Origin: Candidatus Dadabacteria bacterium
GTDB taxonomy: Bacteria > Desulfobacterota_D > UBA1144 > Nemesobacterales > Nemesobacteraceae
DNA length: 64,000 nucleotides
Direction: 5' to 3'
Assembly (NCBI GenBank): GCA_022822065.1
Contig: JAJECI010000007.1
Coordinates: forward strand, 134,346 to 198,345
The notes under the pieces are model-generated. The model had not been told where the DNA came from. It worked only from the letters and a program-made list of their open reading frames with translations, and did no database searches. The translations under genes and the position numbers were made by a program. Positions within the stretch are counted from its first letter, which is position 1. Each line of letters opens with the position of its first letter. Shown piece by piece: positions 19,052 through 29,246 of the stretch.

Positions 19052-19753
19052 TTAACTCCCCGGGCTTGTCACAAAGTGCTTCACTTCCTGGGAAAAAGCC
19101 ACTATGATATCGCTTGCGGTACCTATGAAAAGACCGTGCTCAACTATCCCGGCCCTTGCCGACAATCGATCGGCAAAAAAAGAAGGGTCGTCCATCTCTC
19201 CAGAACCCCAGTCGACAATAAGATTGCCCTGATCCGTCGAAAATGGGGAACCGTCGCGAGCGAGTCGCAAGCGGACCTCTCCTCCAAGGCTCTCCAGGTA
19301 GCCCTTTTCAGCTTCAAGGGCAAACTGAAGTACCTCTACGGGAACGGGAAAACGCTCTCCAAGCCGCCGCGAGAGCTTCGATTCGTCGGCGACGACTATG
19401 TTTCTTTTGCTGTTCTGTGCGAGAACTTTCTCCCTTAAAAGGGCGCCTCCGCCCCCTTTTATGAGGTTGAAATCGGAATCGATTTCATCCGCTCCGTCAA
19501 TAGTAACGTCGATCCTCCTTGCCGAATCGAGCTCAACGAGATCGAGCCCCATGGCCTCGGCGAAATTTTTCGTCCTCTCGGAGCTTGGAACGCAGGATAT
19601 GCCTGAAAGCCGGCCGTCTCTCATCCGCCTTGAGATCTCTTCTATTGCAAACTCCGCCGTCGACCCGGTGCCGAGCCCGACAAGCATTCCCGCGCGCACG
19701 AAGTCGACGGCTCTTACGCCTGCGGCTTTTTTAAGTTCTTCGGTCTTACCCAT
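19052..19753 (-). CDS. rpiA: ribose-5-phosphate isomerase A
   Basis: GLGTGSTA and DGADEID motifs. Confidence 0.85.
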   Translation of the reverse strand: MGKTEELKKAAGVRAVDFVRAGMLVGLGTGSTAEFAIEEISRRMRDGRLSGISCVPSSERTKNFAEAMGLDLVELDSARRIDVTIDGADEIDSDFNLIKGGGGALLREKVLAQNSKRNIVVADESKLSRRLGERFPVPVEVLQFALEAEKGYLESLGGEVRLRLARDGSPFSTDQGNLIVDWGSGEMDDPSFFADRLSARAGIVEHGLFIGTASDIIVAFSQEVKHFVTSPGS

Positions 19754-20019
19754 CGCGAAAAAAAGTTAGTTAAGTTACCCCGCGCACCCCGACAATTAAC
19801 ACAGATATAATTCCCACATAATACTATACGAATAATTTCCAGATACCGTAAGAAAAGAGATGAAATATCCTGAAGGCAACCACGAAAAGCAAGTGTCGGT
19901 TCCCGGTATTTCAAGCCCGCTTCGGGCACCCCGCCTTGTGTACGTATGCCGTTTGTCTTGCCGCAAAAAACTTATATACTTGATAATATAGATGCGAAAC
20001 GTGAGAAACAGAGTGGGTT

Positions 20020-20454
20020 ATGGAAAATCTAAGACACATACTTAAAGACAAGGGCAGCAGCGTATGGTCGATAGGGCCTGATGAGACTGTGTACAAGGCC
20101 CTGCAAATGATGGCGGAAAAGGAAATAGGTGCTCTGCTCGTGCTTGACGGGGAAAAGGTCGTTGGGATATTCTCCGAGCGCGACTACGCAAGGAAGGTTA
20201 TCCTCCAGGGAAGGTCTTCGGCTAACACAAAAATAAGCGAACTCATGATAAAGGAGGTTATCTACGGTTCGCCCGACGATCCGATCCAGGAAAGCATGGC
20301 TGTCATGACGGCGAACAAGATAAGGCACCTTCCGGTAATAGAAGATGGGAAGCTTTGCGGGATGGTGACAAGCGGCGACATCATAAACCACATTATCTCC
20401 CGTCAGAAATTCGAGATCGAAGCGCTCAAAAAATATATAACCGGAGGCTATTAA
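20020..20454 (+). CDS. CBS-pair domain protein
   Basis: two CBS repeats. Confidence 0.7.
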   Translation: MENLRHILKDKGSSVWSIGPDETVYKALQMMAEKEIGALLVLDGEKVVGIFSERDYARKVILQGRSSANTKISELMIKEVIYGSPDDPIQESMAVMTANKIRHLPVIEDGKLCGMVTSGDIINHIISRQKFEIEALKKYITGGY

Positions 20455-20472
20455 GCCGCGCCTGAATCAGCC

Positions 20473-22599
20473 TTACGCGATCAACTGCTCCTGAACCTTC
20501 TCGCAGTCGGAGTGGAAACTCTTTGCGACTTCAAGGAATTCTATGGCTTTTGACGCCGAGGCCTCCCCTTCCCTGTATTCGCTGAACTTGCGCGAGAGGT
20601 CAAGCCATTTCTCGTCGGTCTCCCCGGTTCTCACGACAAGGTTTTCAAACTCCCATATCGTCTGCTCCGGAGTGAACGGGTCGACAAGCTTGGTGTAAAG
20701 AGGAACATGGGCGCTCTCTGAGCACGCAATGTAAAGCTCGTTTATGCATGCCTCGTAGTCGCCGTGGAGAAAAAGAGCCTGTGCCTGCTCAAGACGTCTC
20801 TCGGCATCTGAGAAGACCGGGATTTTTTCCTCGACGGTAACCCCCGCGCACTCCCCTCTTACTCCCTGCTGCACGGCGAATTTTTCCTCCTCGTGTCCCC
20901 AATCGGTGTAAAAATCAGGATCATCCTCGTACGAGGGAATCTTGTTGAACTCGGAGACCGCTTCCTTGATGTACTTGGCGCCGAGTCTTTTCATCGTAAG
21001 GTCAAAATGCTCGCCGTCTTCTTTTTCCCTCTCGTATATATCAAGCAGTCTCTGGACAACCTTGGGAGCGTTTCTGGTCGGAATCTTGGTGACCGGCATG
21101 GCAAGGCGCGAGTCGTCTCCGTAGAGCCCTCCTCCGAGGAAAAGCATCTCCGCCGGAACGCTTCTCCCTTCCCTGGTTATGGACGCTCCCTGGAACCCTA
21201 TGCTGGCCGAGACATGCTGGGCGCACGCGTTGGGACAGCCGGATATCTTGATCCTGAGGTCCCCGAGAGTCTCCTTGTATTTTCCAAGACCGTTATCCAT
21301 CATGCTGGTAAGCTTCGTCGCAAGACCCTTGGCCGAAGTAATGCCCAGACGGCAGGTATCGGCACCCGGGCAGGCGGTTACGTCTTCAAACGTGTCCGCG
21401 CCAGAATCAGAAATACCCGACTCTTTAAGTCCTGCGTAAAGCGAGGAAATCGCTTGGTCAGGAACCCATCTCACAACGAAATTCTGCTGGATCGTTATCC
21501 TTATCGAACCGTCGGCGAAAGTATCTATCATGTCCGCAAGCGCCCTTGCGGTATCGGACGGAACGTCTCCCAGAAGCACTCTCACGTTAACGATTGAATA
21601 ACCATCGACTCCCGCCGGAGAAACGTTTTTCTGCCGCCACTCCGTAAAATCCGGGTCATCCTCCACCCAGCCAGGAGCCTCCGGAAGGTCGTGTCCGTTG
21701 GGCCTAGGGGTTTCGTGCTCCCGGTCAATTGCCTCAAGATAGTCATTCCACGAAGGATCGACCTCAAGCGAAGCCCTTTCCTGCTCGACTACCTCTCTGA
21801 ACTTCTCAAAGCCGAGTTTTCTCACAAGGAACTTCATTCTGGCCTTCATCCTCACCTTTCTCTCGCCGTACCTGTCAAACACCCTGACAACCGAAGCCGA
21901 AAAAGGTATCATCTCCTCAACCGGCATGAACTCCGTCCAAAGATGTCCGAGCGAAGGCGAAGCGCCAAGCCCCCCGCCGACATAGACCTGAAAGCCAAGC
22001 TTTCCGTCCTCTTCCCTTACCCTAGCGCGAAAACCCAGATCGTGAATGCGCACTCCCGCGTTATCGACATCCGGATTACTCTCGAAGCAGACCTTGAACT
22101 TCCTTCCCATGTTCTGGCATATGGGGTTTCGGAGCATAAACTGCTTAAACGCCTCGGCGTAAGGAGTCACGTCAAAGGTTTCCGTAGGCGAAGCCCCGGT
22201 TATCGGAGAAGCCGTGACGTTTCTTACTGTGTTGCCGCAGGCCTCACGCGTGGTGATCCCCGCACTCGCAAGATCCCTCATCATGTCGGGAACCGTTTCA
22301 AGATTGACGTAGTAAAGCTGTGCGTCCTGGCGGGTCGTAAGGTGAAAGAAGCCGCTTGCGTACTTGTCTGAAACGTCCGCAAGCTTTCTCAACTGAGCAG
22401 AGCTCAGTTTCCCGTAGGGAATCTTTATCCTCTGCATCTGGACTCCTTCCTGGCGCTGCGCGTACACTCCCAGCTGGAGTCTTATTTTCTGGAACTTCAC
22501 CTCGCTTATCTTCCCGTTCATGTAGTCGGAGATCTGCTGTTCGAATTCGTCGATCTCGTCCTTTATAAGTTCGGGTAGGGCGGCTGTTTCTTCGTCCAT
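20473..22599 (-). CDS. ferredoxin-dependent sulfite/nitrite reductase (siroheme-4Fe4S hemoprotein)
   Basis: 708 aa; CPGADTCRLG...SGCPNACAQH cysteine cluster of the NiR/SiR family. Confidence 0.8.
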   Translation of the reverse strand: MDEETAALPELIKDEIDEFEQQISDYMNGKISEVKFQKIRLQLGVYAQRQEGVQMQRIKIPYGKLSSAQLRKLADVSDKYASGFFHLTTRQDAQLYYVNLETVPDMMRDLASAGITTREACGNTVRNVTASPITGASPTETFDVTPYAEAFKQFMLRNPICQNMGRKFKVCFESNPDVDNAGVRIHDLGFRARVREEDGKLGFQVYVGGGLGASPSLGHLWTEFMPVEEMIPFSASVVRVFDRYGERKVRMKARMKFLVRKLGFEKFREVVEQERASLEVDPSWNDYLEAIDREHETPRPNGHDLPEAPGWVEDDPDFTEWRQKNVSPAGVDGYSIVNVRVLLGDVPSDTARALADMIDTFADGSIRITIQQNFVVRWVPDQAISSLYAGLKESGISDSGADTFEDVTACPGADTCRLGITSAKGLATKLTSMMDNGLGKYKETLGDLRIKISGCPNACAQHVSASIGFQGASITREGRSVPAEMLFLGGGLYGDDSRLAMPVTKIPTRNAPKVVQRLLDIYEREKEDGEHFDLTMKRLGAKYIKEAVSEFNKIPSYEDDPDFYTDWGHEEEKFAVQQGVRGECAGVTVEEKIPVFSDAERRLEQAQALFLHGDYEACINELYIACSESAHVPLYTKLVDPFTPEQTIWEFENLVVRTGETDEKWLDLSRKFSEYREGEASASKAIEFLEVAKSFHSDCEKVQEQLIA

Positions 22600-22674
22600 T
22601 TCTCCTAGCTCCGTAACATAAACTCCTTAAGATACCTCACGATATTCTAACACAAAACAAATTTTTTTTGGAAA

Positions 22675-23061
22675 TCACTCTTGCGGACCGCTATGGGCAG
22701 AGAGCCACTTCTCAATCACCAGAAGAATATAATCAATTTCCCGCTCCGTAAGCTTTCTTTTCTTAGGGATGCCATGCCACTTCAGCAGACAGCTCCGACA
22801 GCACGTGGCTGTGGCATGCTGGGCACGAAACACGGGATGTCCACCCCATGGAGTCTGCTTCCCGTCGTTAGGGGGTAGAGCAGGGGCAAGTCTTTTCTCA
22901 AGAAAATCCCTTCCGTGCGAGAGCACCTCGGGGAGCCCCTTTTGGCTGAGATAAAGCGCTTCCTTGGCATTCAGCCTGAACCCAGAACGGAACCGGGACC
23001 TGCTCAGTCTTCCGAAAACATTCTCCAGACGTTCCTTTTCGCCGCTTCTCGCTCTATCCAT
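22675..23061 (-). CDS. conserved hypothetical protein (DUF4186-like, CCRSCLLKWHGIPK motif)
   Basis: 128-aa ORF; family assignment is from memory of the motif, not verified. Confidence 0.5.
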   Translation of the reverse strand: MDRARSGEKERLENVFGRLSRSRFRSGFRLNAKEALYLSQKGLPEVLSHGRDFLEKRLAPALPPNDGKQTPWGGHPVFRAQHATATCCRSCLLKWHGIPKKRKLTEREIDYILLVIEKWLSAHSGPQE

Positions 23062-23070
23062 GTAATAAAC

Positions 23071-25575
23071 TCAGTGTTCCCGCTCCTCAGAGAAAAAATC
23101 CCGCATCCGCCCGAGTATCTGTTCCGTCTTTGCGCAGAAGAAGTTGCTCCCCGCAACGGAGCTGATAAAGAATTTCCCGTAGTACTTCGACACGATACGC
23201 TTATCAAGAACCATAACAACACCGCGGTCCGTCTTGGTGCGTATGAGTCTCCCGAAGCCCTGTTTGAACCTGAGCACTGCATGGGGAAGTATGTATTCGC
23301 GGAACGAATCTATATCCTGTCTTTCCATGTACTCGATTTTCGCCTCCGTAACCGGGTCCGTGGGGACCTTGAAGGGAAGTCTGCATATGACAACCATCCT
23401 CAGGGAATCCCCGGGAATGTCTACTCCTTCCCAGAAGCTATCGGTCGCGAAAAGCACTGAATTCCCAAGCGTTTTGAATTTCTCAAGCAACAGGCCCCTG
23501 GGCATTTCCCCCTGCTTGAAAAGACTGACCGGTACGGACCCGATGCTCTCAAGGATTTTTCCTGTCTTTTCATAAACCCTGTTAAGCGAGGAGTAGGATG
23601 TGAAAAGCACGAGGGCGTTTCCGTTCGTTACGGAGATCGAGTCTGAGAGTATCCGCGCAAGGGAGTCTTCGTAGTCCTCGTGCCCGGGCTCGGGCATGTC
23701 CGACGGGACCAGCAGCAGGGACTGCGTTCGGAAATCAAACGGTGAATCAACAATAAGCCCCCTGAATCTTTCATTATCCGAAAGTCCGATGTTTTTCCTC
23801 TGAAAATCGAAATTCTTATCCACGGCAAGCGATGCGGAAGTCATAACGACGGTTTTGGTCTTCGAGTAGAGCTTTTCCGAAAGCTCTTTGGATACATCAA
23901 GGGGGGAAAGGTTGATAGAGCAGAAAATCGCCGCGCGCCTGCGGTTCCCCTCAAACCACCTTATATAACTCTCGTCCTTCTCACCAAAAAACCTTCCTAT
24001 GGCTTCGCGGAAAGCAAGGGATCTCTTGGCGATGCCACCAAGTTCAGCGGTGAGTTTTATGTGGGAATCCGCATGCGGTGAGCCCTCGACTACTCCCAGA
24101 AGGTGGGCAATCTCCTTTTCAAGCGAAAAGAGGGATTTTTCAAGTGCCCCGAAGCGCTCCTCAACGGCAGGCCATTTCTCGTGCCGCACAACCTTCTCTG
24201 TGAGCCTCAGGCTTATCGCTGTCTCACCCGAGAGCTCCGCACCAAAACCGTAAAGTGAATTAAAGACCTCCTCGCTTACAACTTCTATACGCTCAACGGC
24301 CCTCGCAAGCCCGCCGCCCGAGCGTTCGAAAACCTCCCTGAGGGCGGAATCTTTTTCTTTCTGCGCAAGGTGCGAGATGTAGGATACAAGCCCCTTGTCC
24401 TTGTTTTTCCGGGAACGGAGCTTTGAGAGGGTTTTCGCAATCCCGTGCTTGCTAAGTTTCAGGCTGAAATGCGAAGTGGCCGCCTCGGCGATATTGTGCG
24501 CCTCGTCGAAAACAACCTTCGCGTAGCGGGGAATTATCCCGAAATCCGAATCGGGTCCCGCAGTTCCTTTTATCGCAATATCGGAAAAAAGCATGTGGTG
24601 GTTGGCAACCAGCACCGAAGCCCTCGACAGCTCCCTCCGCGACTTGAAGAAAAAGCAGCTTGAATAATGAGGGCACTTGGTTGCCGGACAGCTTTCGCTT
24701 TCCGCAGATACCCTGTCCCACACGTCGTCAGGGGGTGTAAACGCAAGATCGGAAAGTGAACCGTCCGCGGTGGTCTTGGCCCACTCAAGCACATCCTTCA
24801 TCGACCCTCTTTCCCCATCGTCTATAAAATCGAAAAGATCCTGCCCGACGGCTTCGCCCCGGAGAAGACAGAAGTAGTTTCTCATTCCTTTAACTAGAGC
24901 ATAATCAAACTTCCTCGGAAAAAGATCCCGAAGGAGAGGAAGGTCCTTGTTTATCAGCTGTTCCTGAAGATTGATGGTATTTGTTGAGACCAAAACCCTC
25001 TCACTGTTGCTAATTGACCAGAGAATGGAAGGTATGAGATAGGAAAGAGTTTTCCCGGTGCCCGTGCCGGCCTCTATCATCGAGAGGTGCTCGTCATTGA
25101 ATGCCTCGATCACGTTTGAAAGAACTTCGAGCTGTTCGTCCCTGTGCTCGTATTTTTCTCCCAGGACACGGGCCACGGGACCTGCAGGCAGGAGATATTC
25201 TCTCGCGGATTCATTGTCAACGCGTACCGTCTCCCCCGGAATAAAGGGCTCAACCACTACGTACACCCTCTCGACCTCGCTGTCCACTATGTAGAAACCG
25301 ACGCCCTTGTTTCCGAAAGCCGAAGCAACCGCCACGTCCTGAGGTGAAGGCTCGAGGTTGCCTGAGGGATGATTGTGCACGACGACGTTCCCCGTCTTCG
25401 CCGCGTCAAGGATGGCCGGAACCGCTTGGCGGTTGCCGCGTGCAAGGACTTTCACATCACACACCAGAGAGCTTTCGTTTATCCTGCCGACGAAAAAAAC
25501 CTCGTTTCCATGGGCTTCCGTTATTGACTCTCTGATGAATTCCGCAGCCTCGGGGGTAAAGTAGCTTTCAATCAT
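23071..25575 (-). CDS. dinG: DinG-family (Rad3/XPD-like) ATP-dependent DNA helicase with N-terminal RadC-like JAB/MPN domain
   Basis: N-terminal HNHPSGNLEPSPQD matches JAMM HxHx7Sx2D; then Walker A AGTGTGKT, DEAH box and the DinG helicase core; 834 aa. Confidence 0.8.
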   Translation of the reverse strand: MIESYFTPEAAEFIRESITEAHGNEVFFVGRINESSLVCDVKVLARGNRQAVPAILDAAKTGNVVVHNHPSGNLEPSPQDVAVASAFGNKGVGFYIVDSEVERVYVVVEPFIPGETVRVDNESAREYLLPAGPVARVLGEKYEHRDEQLEVLSNVIEAFNDEHLSMIEAGTGTGKTLSYLIPSILWSISNSERVLVSTNTINLQEQLINKDLPLLRDLFPRKFDYALVKGMRNYFCLLRGEAVGQDLFDFIDDGERGSMKDVLEWAKTTADGSLSDLAFTPPDDVWDRVSAESESCPATKCPHYSSCFFFKSRRELSRASVLVANHHMLFSDIAIKGTAGPDSDFGIIPRYAKVVFDEAHNIAEAATSHFSLKLSKHGIAKTLSKLRSRKNKDKGLVSYISHLAQKEKDSALREVFERSGGGLARAVERIEVVSEEVFNSLYGFGAELSGETAISLRLTEKVVRHEKWPAVEERFGALEKSLFSLEKEIAHLLGVVEGSPHADSHIKLTAELGGIAKRSLAFREAIGRFFGEKDESYIRWFEGNRRRAAIFCSINLSPLDVSKELSEKLYSKTKTVVMTSASLAVDKNFDFQRKNIGLSDNERFRGLIVDSPFDFRTQSLLLVPSDMPEPGHEDYEDSLARILSDSISVTNGNALVLFTSYSSLNRVYEKTGKILESIGSVPVSLFKQGEMPRGLLLEKFKTLGNSVLFATDSFWEGVDIPGDSLRMVVICRLPFKVPTDPVTEAKIEYMERQDIDSFREYILPHAVLRFKQGFGRLIRTKTDRGVVMVLDKRIVSKYYGKFFISSVAGSNFFCAKTEQILGRMRDFFSEEREH

Positions 25576-25670
25576 ATCCGCTTAAGTTTACACAGAGGCC
25601 TTAATAACTAAACTTCCCGACAGATGTTGCCTTGCCCCTCGGGCTTCGGTAGCCTGTTTTGCGTGTCGGG

Positions 25671-25761
25671 GGAGGGATGGCCGAGCGGTTTAAGGCGCTG
25701 GTCTCGAAAACCAGTGGGGTCTTTATGGCCCTCGTGGGTTCGAATCCCACTCCCTCCGCCA
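25671..25761 (+). tRNA. tRNA-Ser (anticodon CGA), long variable arm, CCA encoded
   Basis: GGAGGGA acceptor stem, anticodon loop CTCGAAA, long extra arm, TTCGAAT T-loop. Confidence 0.9.
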
Positions 25762-25816
25762 TTAATTAACCGCAAAGCATTCTGGCTCACCTGCGAGGTC
25801 AAAAGAGTCTGAGTGG

Positions 25817-25840
25817 AACCCGCCCGGCGTCGGGTTTTTA
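25817..25840. terminator. bidirectional intrinsic terminator (AACCCG-loop-CGGGTT + T-run) between tRNA-Ser and convergent rnr
   Basis: stem AACCCG/CGGGTT with 8-nt loop, followed by TTTTT. Confidence 0.5.
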
Positions 25841-25858
25841 ACAAGCAGAAAGAAGCGG

Positions 25859-27811
25859 TCAGGATGCTAGATTGAAAGTAAGCCTTCTTCTCTCCATATC
25901 CGCTGACACGAGCTTCACGCGAACTTCCTCTCCGAGTTCGAACCACTTTCTTTTCCTGCCCTTGATCTTGTAAAAGTGCTCGGGGATGAGCCCCTCGACG
26001 AAGTGCTCTTCTATTTCTATGAAAACCCCGAAGGGGTGTATGCTCAGTATTTTCCCGTGGAATACGTCACCCACGCGGCTTTTCATGAAATTCGCCGTTT
26101 CAAGGTTCATAAACTGGCGCTCCGCATCCTCGGCCGTTCTCTCCAGAAGCGAGCAGCGTTCAGCTATGCGCTTGAGACTGGCGGAGTCGTAGGAAGGTGT
26201 TCTTTTCTGCAGTATCTCATCGATAATTCTGTGAACAACAAGGTCAGGATACCTTCTTATGGGGGAAGTGAAGTGAGTGTAATCGTCTATAGCGAGACCG
26301 AAGTGGGGAACATGCTTTGTTGAGTAAACGGCTTTTTTGAGTGCGCGTAGAATCATAAAGTTTATCTGTTCCCGGTCCTTTCTTCCCGAAGCGGCTTTTA
26401 TCACCGCCTGGATGTCCTGCTGCTTGACCCGTCCTCCTAGGTTTGCCTTGATGCCTATCTTGAGAAGGTTTTCACGCAGTTGTTCTATGGAATCCGGATC
26501 CGGGGATTCGTGAATCCTGTAAATCGATTCGAAACCGTTTCTGAAAACAAACTCTGCGACAACGGAGTTGGCCATGATCATGAACTCCTCTATTATCTCA
26601 TGGGCGACATTCCGCTTAAGTCTGTCGACGTCGCTTACCTCTCCCTTGGAATCGCGAAGCAGCACAGCCTCGGGAAAATCAAAGTCAAGGCCTCCTTTGC
26701 CGATCCTAAGCTCCTTGAGCTTGCAGTAAAGCTCTTTCATCAAAAGCAGGGAAGAAACGATGTTTTTGCCGCGGGAGGATGAAGCAGTGCCGCTTCCTTC
26801 CAAAACGGCCGCGACTTCGGAGTATGTAAGCCTCGCACAGCTTTTTATCACGCTGTTGTATATCCTCGAGTCCTTGAGCCTTCCCGAGGAATCGAAATCC
26901 ATCTCGACCGTCTTGGTAAGCCGTCTTCTCTTGGGGCGCAGGCTGCAAAGATCGTTTGAAAGCCTCTTGGGAAGCATGGGAATCACCCTGTCTGAAAGGT
27001 AGGTGCTGGTGGCCCTGCGGGCGGCTTCCTCGTCACACGCGCTTCCGCAAGCCACGTAATGAGAAACGTCCGCGATACTTACCCGGAGTCTATACCCCTT
27101 GCGGATTTTTTTTATGCCTACAGCATCGTCAAAATCTTTTGCGTCATCCCCGTCTATGGTGAAAATAGTCTCTTTCTCAAGATTCACCCTCGAAGAGAGA
27201 TCCCCGTTTGGTAACTCTGCGCTTAGGCCACCTACCTCTCTTGCCACGTTACGAGAAAAACCCTTCGCAAGACCATATTCTGAGATGATCCCCTTTTTTT
27301 CAGTTTCGATTTCTCCGGACATCCCCAAGCGCTCCGTAACTCTGGCCGACTGTTTCCCCGGCTTAATCTCTATGACTACTAGTTCCCCATCGGAAAAACT
27401 CTTTTTCCACCCTCCGGTTTCAATCTCATACTCAGAGAAATCCACTTTTCTGGGACAGGCGACGAATCCCCTCGAGGCTTCTCTCAGGTCAGCCAGGACC
27501 CTCTGTGAGCTACCGTTTGAGAGGCCGGTTGGAACGATCTTCTTGCGGTTCCCATTAAGAAGGGACACGGGGGAATCCAGGTGCCGACCGTCTTTCCCGG
27601 CACTTTTTTTCCAACGCCCTTGAAGACGGTACCGGCCCTTGGAGGTTTTTTTGAGCTTCCCCTCGAGAACCATTCTCTTCAGCACGGCCCGGATCTTCTC
27701 TCTTTTTCTCTCGGGCATATCAAGCCCCCTGAGAATATTGCCCTCGGAGAGGCTTCTTCCCTCTTTTTCGCTGAGCAGTTTTAGAATCCGCGATTCCCTT
27801 TTGCTTAACAT
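25859..27811 (-). CDS. rnr: ribonuclease R (RNB family 3'-5' exoribonuclease with S1 domain)
   Basis: 650 aa; RNB catalytic region and C-terminal S1. Confidence 0.85.
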   Translation of the reverse strand: MLSKRESRILKLLSEKEGRSLSEGNILRGLDMPERKREKIRAVLKRMVLEGKLKKTSKGRYRLQGRWKKSAGKDGRHLDSPVSLLNGNRKKIVPTGLSNGSSQRVLADLREASRGFVACPRKVDFSEYEIETGGWKKSFSDGELVVIEIKPGKQSARVTERLGMSGEIETEKKGIISEYGLAKGFSRNVAREVGGLSAELPNGDLSSRVNLEKETIFTIDGDDAKDFDDAVGIKKIRKGYRLRVSIADVSHYVACGSACDEEAARRATSTYLSDRVIPMLPKRLSNDLCSLRPKRRRLTKTVEMDFDSSGRLKDSRIYNSVIKSCARLTYSEVAAVLEGSGTASSSRGKNIVSSLLLMKELYCKLKELRIGKGGLDFDFPEAVLLRDSKGEVSDVDRLKRNVAHEIIEEFMIMANSVVAEFVFRNGFESIYRIHESPDPDSIEQLRENLLKIGIKANLGGRVKQQDIQAVIKAASGRKDREQINFMILRALKKAVYSTKHVPHFGLAIDDYTHFTSPIRRYPDLVVHRIIDEILQKRTPSYDSASLKRIAERCSLLERTAEDAERQFMNLETANFMKSRVGDVFHGKILSIHPFGVFIEIEEHFVEGLIPEHFYKIKGRKRKWFELGEEVRVKLVSADMERRRLTFNLAS

Positions 27812-27925
27812 GATATAAACCCGGCCTTCCAGCCGCAGGAGATTCCCTGTTTTAAGAATTGAAATTTACGGGGTCTCGTATACAATAGTGCCGTTTTTCA
27901 TTAATTCTGCTTTCTGGAGCTTCTT

Positions 27926-28108
27926 ATGCTTAGAACAAACATCCTCGGAGGGATTCTCATAACCGCGCTCGTTCTCTTTATAGTAGGTTTTGGAATCTCT
28001 CTCAAATTTTCACTCGACTGGTCTTTCTACTTTAAGGTTCTCTCGGTAGTCGGCGCGGTCGCGCTTGCGGTTTCTCTGATAGTCCACCTTATACCTTCAA
28101 GAAACTGA
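27926..28108 (+). CDS. small two-TM membrane protein (hypothetical)
   Basis: 60-aa ORF, two hydrophobic helices. Confidence 0.4.
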   Translation: MLRTNILGGILITALVLFIVGFGISLKFSLDWSFYFKVLSVVGAVALAVSLIVHLIPSRN

Positions 28109-28146
28109 TCCGGTACGCGGAATTTCTTACCAGCTTTTTCTTCTAT

Positions 28147-29154
28147 TCACAAACCCCTGAGCGCAAGCCCCACCGCAACCGCCATTTTCGGGGCCAGATG
28201 TTCAATGTATTCAGGATCAAAACGCGAATCCGAAACGGTGATGTTTCGAAAAGGATTCGAAATCTCGACCGGAACCCCGGTGGCCTCTCCAAGCGCATCG
28301 GCGAGAGTTGCTATTCTTGAAGACCCCCCGGAAAGAATTATTCGGTCGATTACGTCTTCTGCTTCGTCAAGAACCGTCTTTATCTCATCTGTGGCACGAG
28401 CAACGAAATCAGCGAAAACACTCTCTATCTCGTCATACCTGCCGTAACCCTTAATGCTGAATTTTATTCTCTCCGCCTCCTCGTAGGTAATTTTGAATTT
28501 CTCCATCAAACGAAGCGTAATCCATTGCCCTCCAAGCGGAATATCCTTCAGTACAAAAGGCACTGTGCCATCCAGAACGCTCAAGTTAGTCCCTGACGCT
28601 CCGATGTTCACAAGCGCCACCCTTTGACCGCGACCTCGGCAAAAAACTGCGTAGCCGTTTGAAAGGGCCATGGCATCAATATCAACTATCTGGGCGCGAA
28701 GGCCTGCCGAAAAAAGCGAACTTTTATACTCCTGCGCCGTTTTTTTCGAAACCGCAGCAATCAGCACCTGGGTCTCCTCGGATTTTCCATTGTGCCGGAA
28801 AAGCGGAGTGTAGCTGTAATTAACTCCGCTGACGTTTCTGCGAAGACTGGTTCTCACAAGGTCCGGAACAAGCTTTTCCATGTCCTCTCTGAGAAAAATT
28901 CTGGGAACATTGACGATTTTTAAAGCAACGGCTTCGCCGGAAACCCCTATAACCGCCTTTTTCGTTTTTACACCGAGCCTGGAAACCAGACTTGATACAA
29001 CCCCCGAAACTATGTCATCCCTTGAAATCGACTTGCGGATTATCGCACCGCTCGGAAGCATGGCCTCTCCCATATTCTCAAGCCGATAATTTCCACCCTC
29101 GTAGGAAAGTTCCACAGCCTTAACGGAACTTGAACCTATATCTATCCCAACCAT
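28147..29154 (-). CDS. pilM: PilM-like actin-fold ATPase (type IV pilus assembly PilM family)
   Basis: MVGIDIGSSSVKAVEL phosphate-1 motif and full PilM/FtsA-like fold pattern; no pilNOPQ downstream. Confidence 0.8.
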   Translation of the reverse strand: MVGIDIGSSSVKAVELSYEGGNYRLENMGEAMLPSGAIIRKSISRDDIVSGVVSSLVSRLGVKTKKAVIGVSGEAVALKIVNVPRIFLREDMEKLVPDLVRTSLRRNVSGVNYSYTPLFRHNGKSEETQVLIAAVSKKTAQEYKSSLFSAGLRAQIVDIDAMALSNGYAVFCRGRGQRVALVNIGASGTNLSVLDGTVPFVLKDIPLGGQWITLRLMEKFKITYEEAERIKFSIKGYGRYDEIESVFADFVARATDEIKTVLDEAEDVIDRIILSGGSSRIATLADALGEATGVPVEISNPFRNITVSDSRFDPEYIEHLAPKMAVAVGLALRGL

Positions 29155-29246
29155 AGCATCTCTTCCTCAAGGAACGAATCTGGGCTGCGAAGTTTACCGA
29201 AAGCCGGTTTTTTAAAAGGAAAAGTCAACGAAACGGGAATTGGAAA

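Noticed and set aside
20893-22371. Plus-strand ORFs of 234 aa and 226 aa
   Set aside because: Antisense shadow ORFs inside the sulfite/nitrite reductase gene.
25608-25946. 112-aa minus-strand ORF, and the 57609..57800 ORF
   Set aside because: Both overlap tRNA genes (tRNA-Ser at 25671-25761; tRNA-Glu at 57718-57792). They are spurious.
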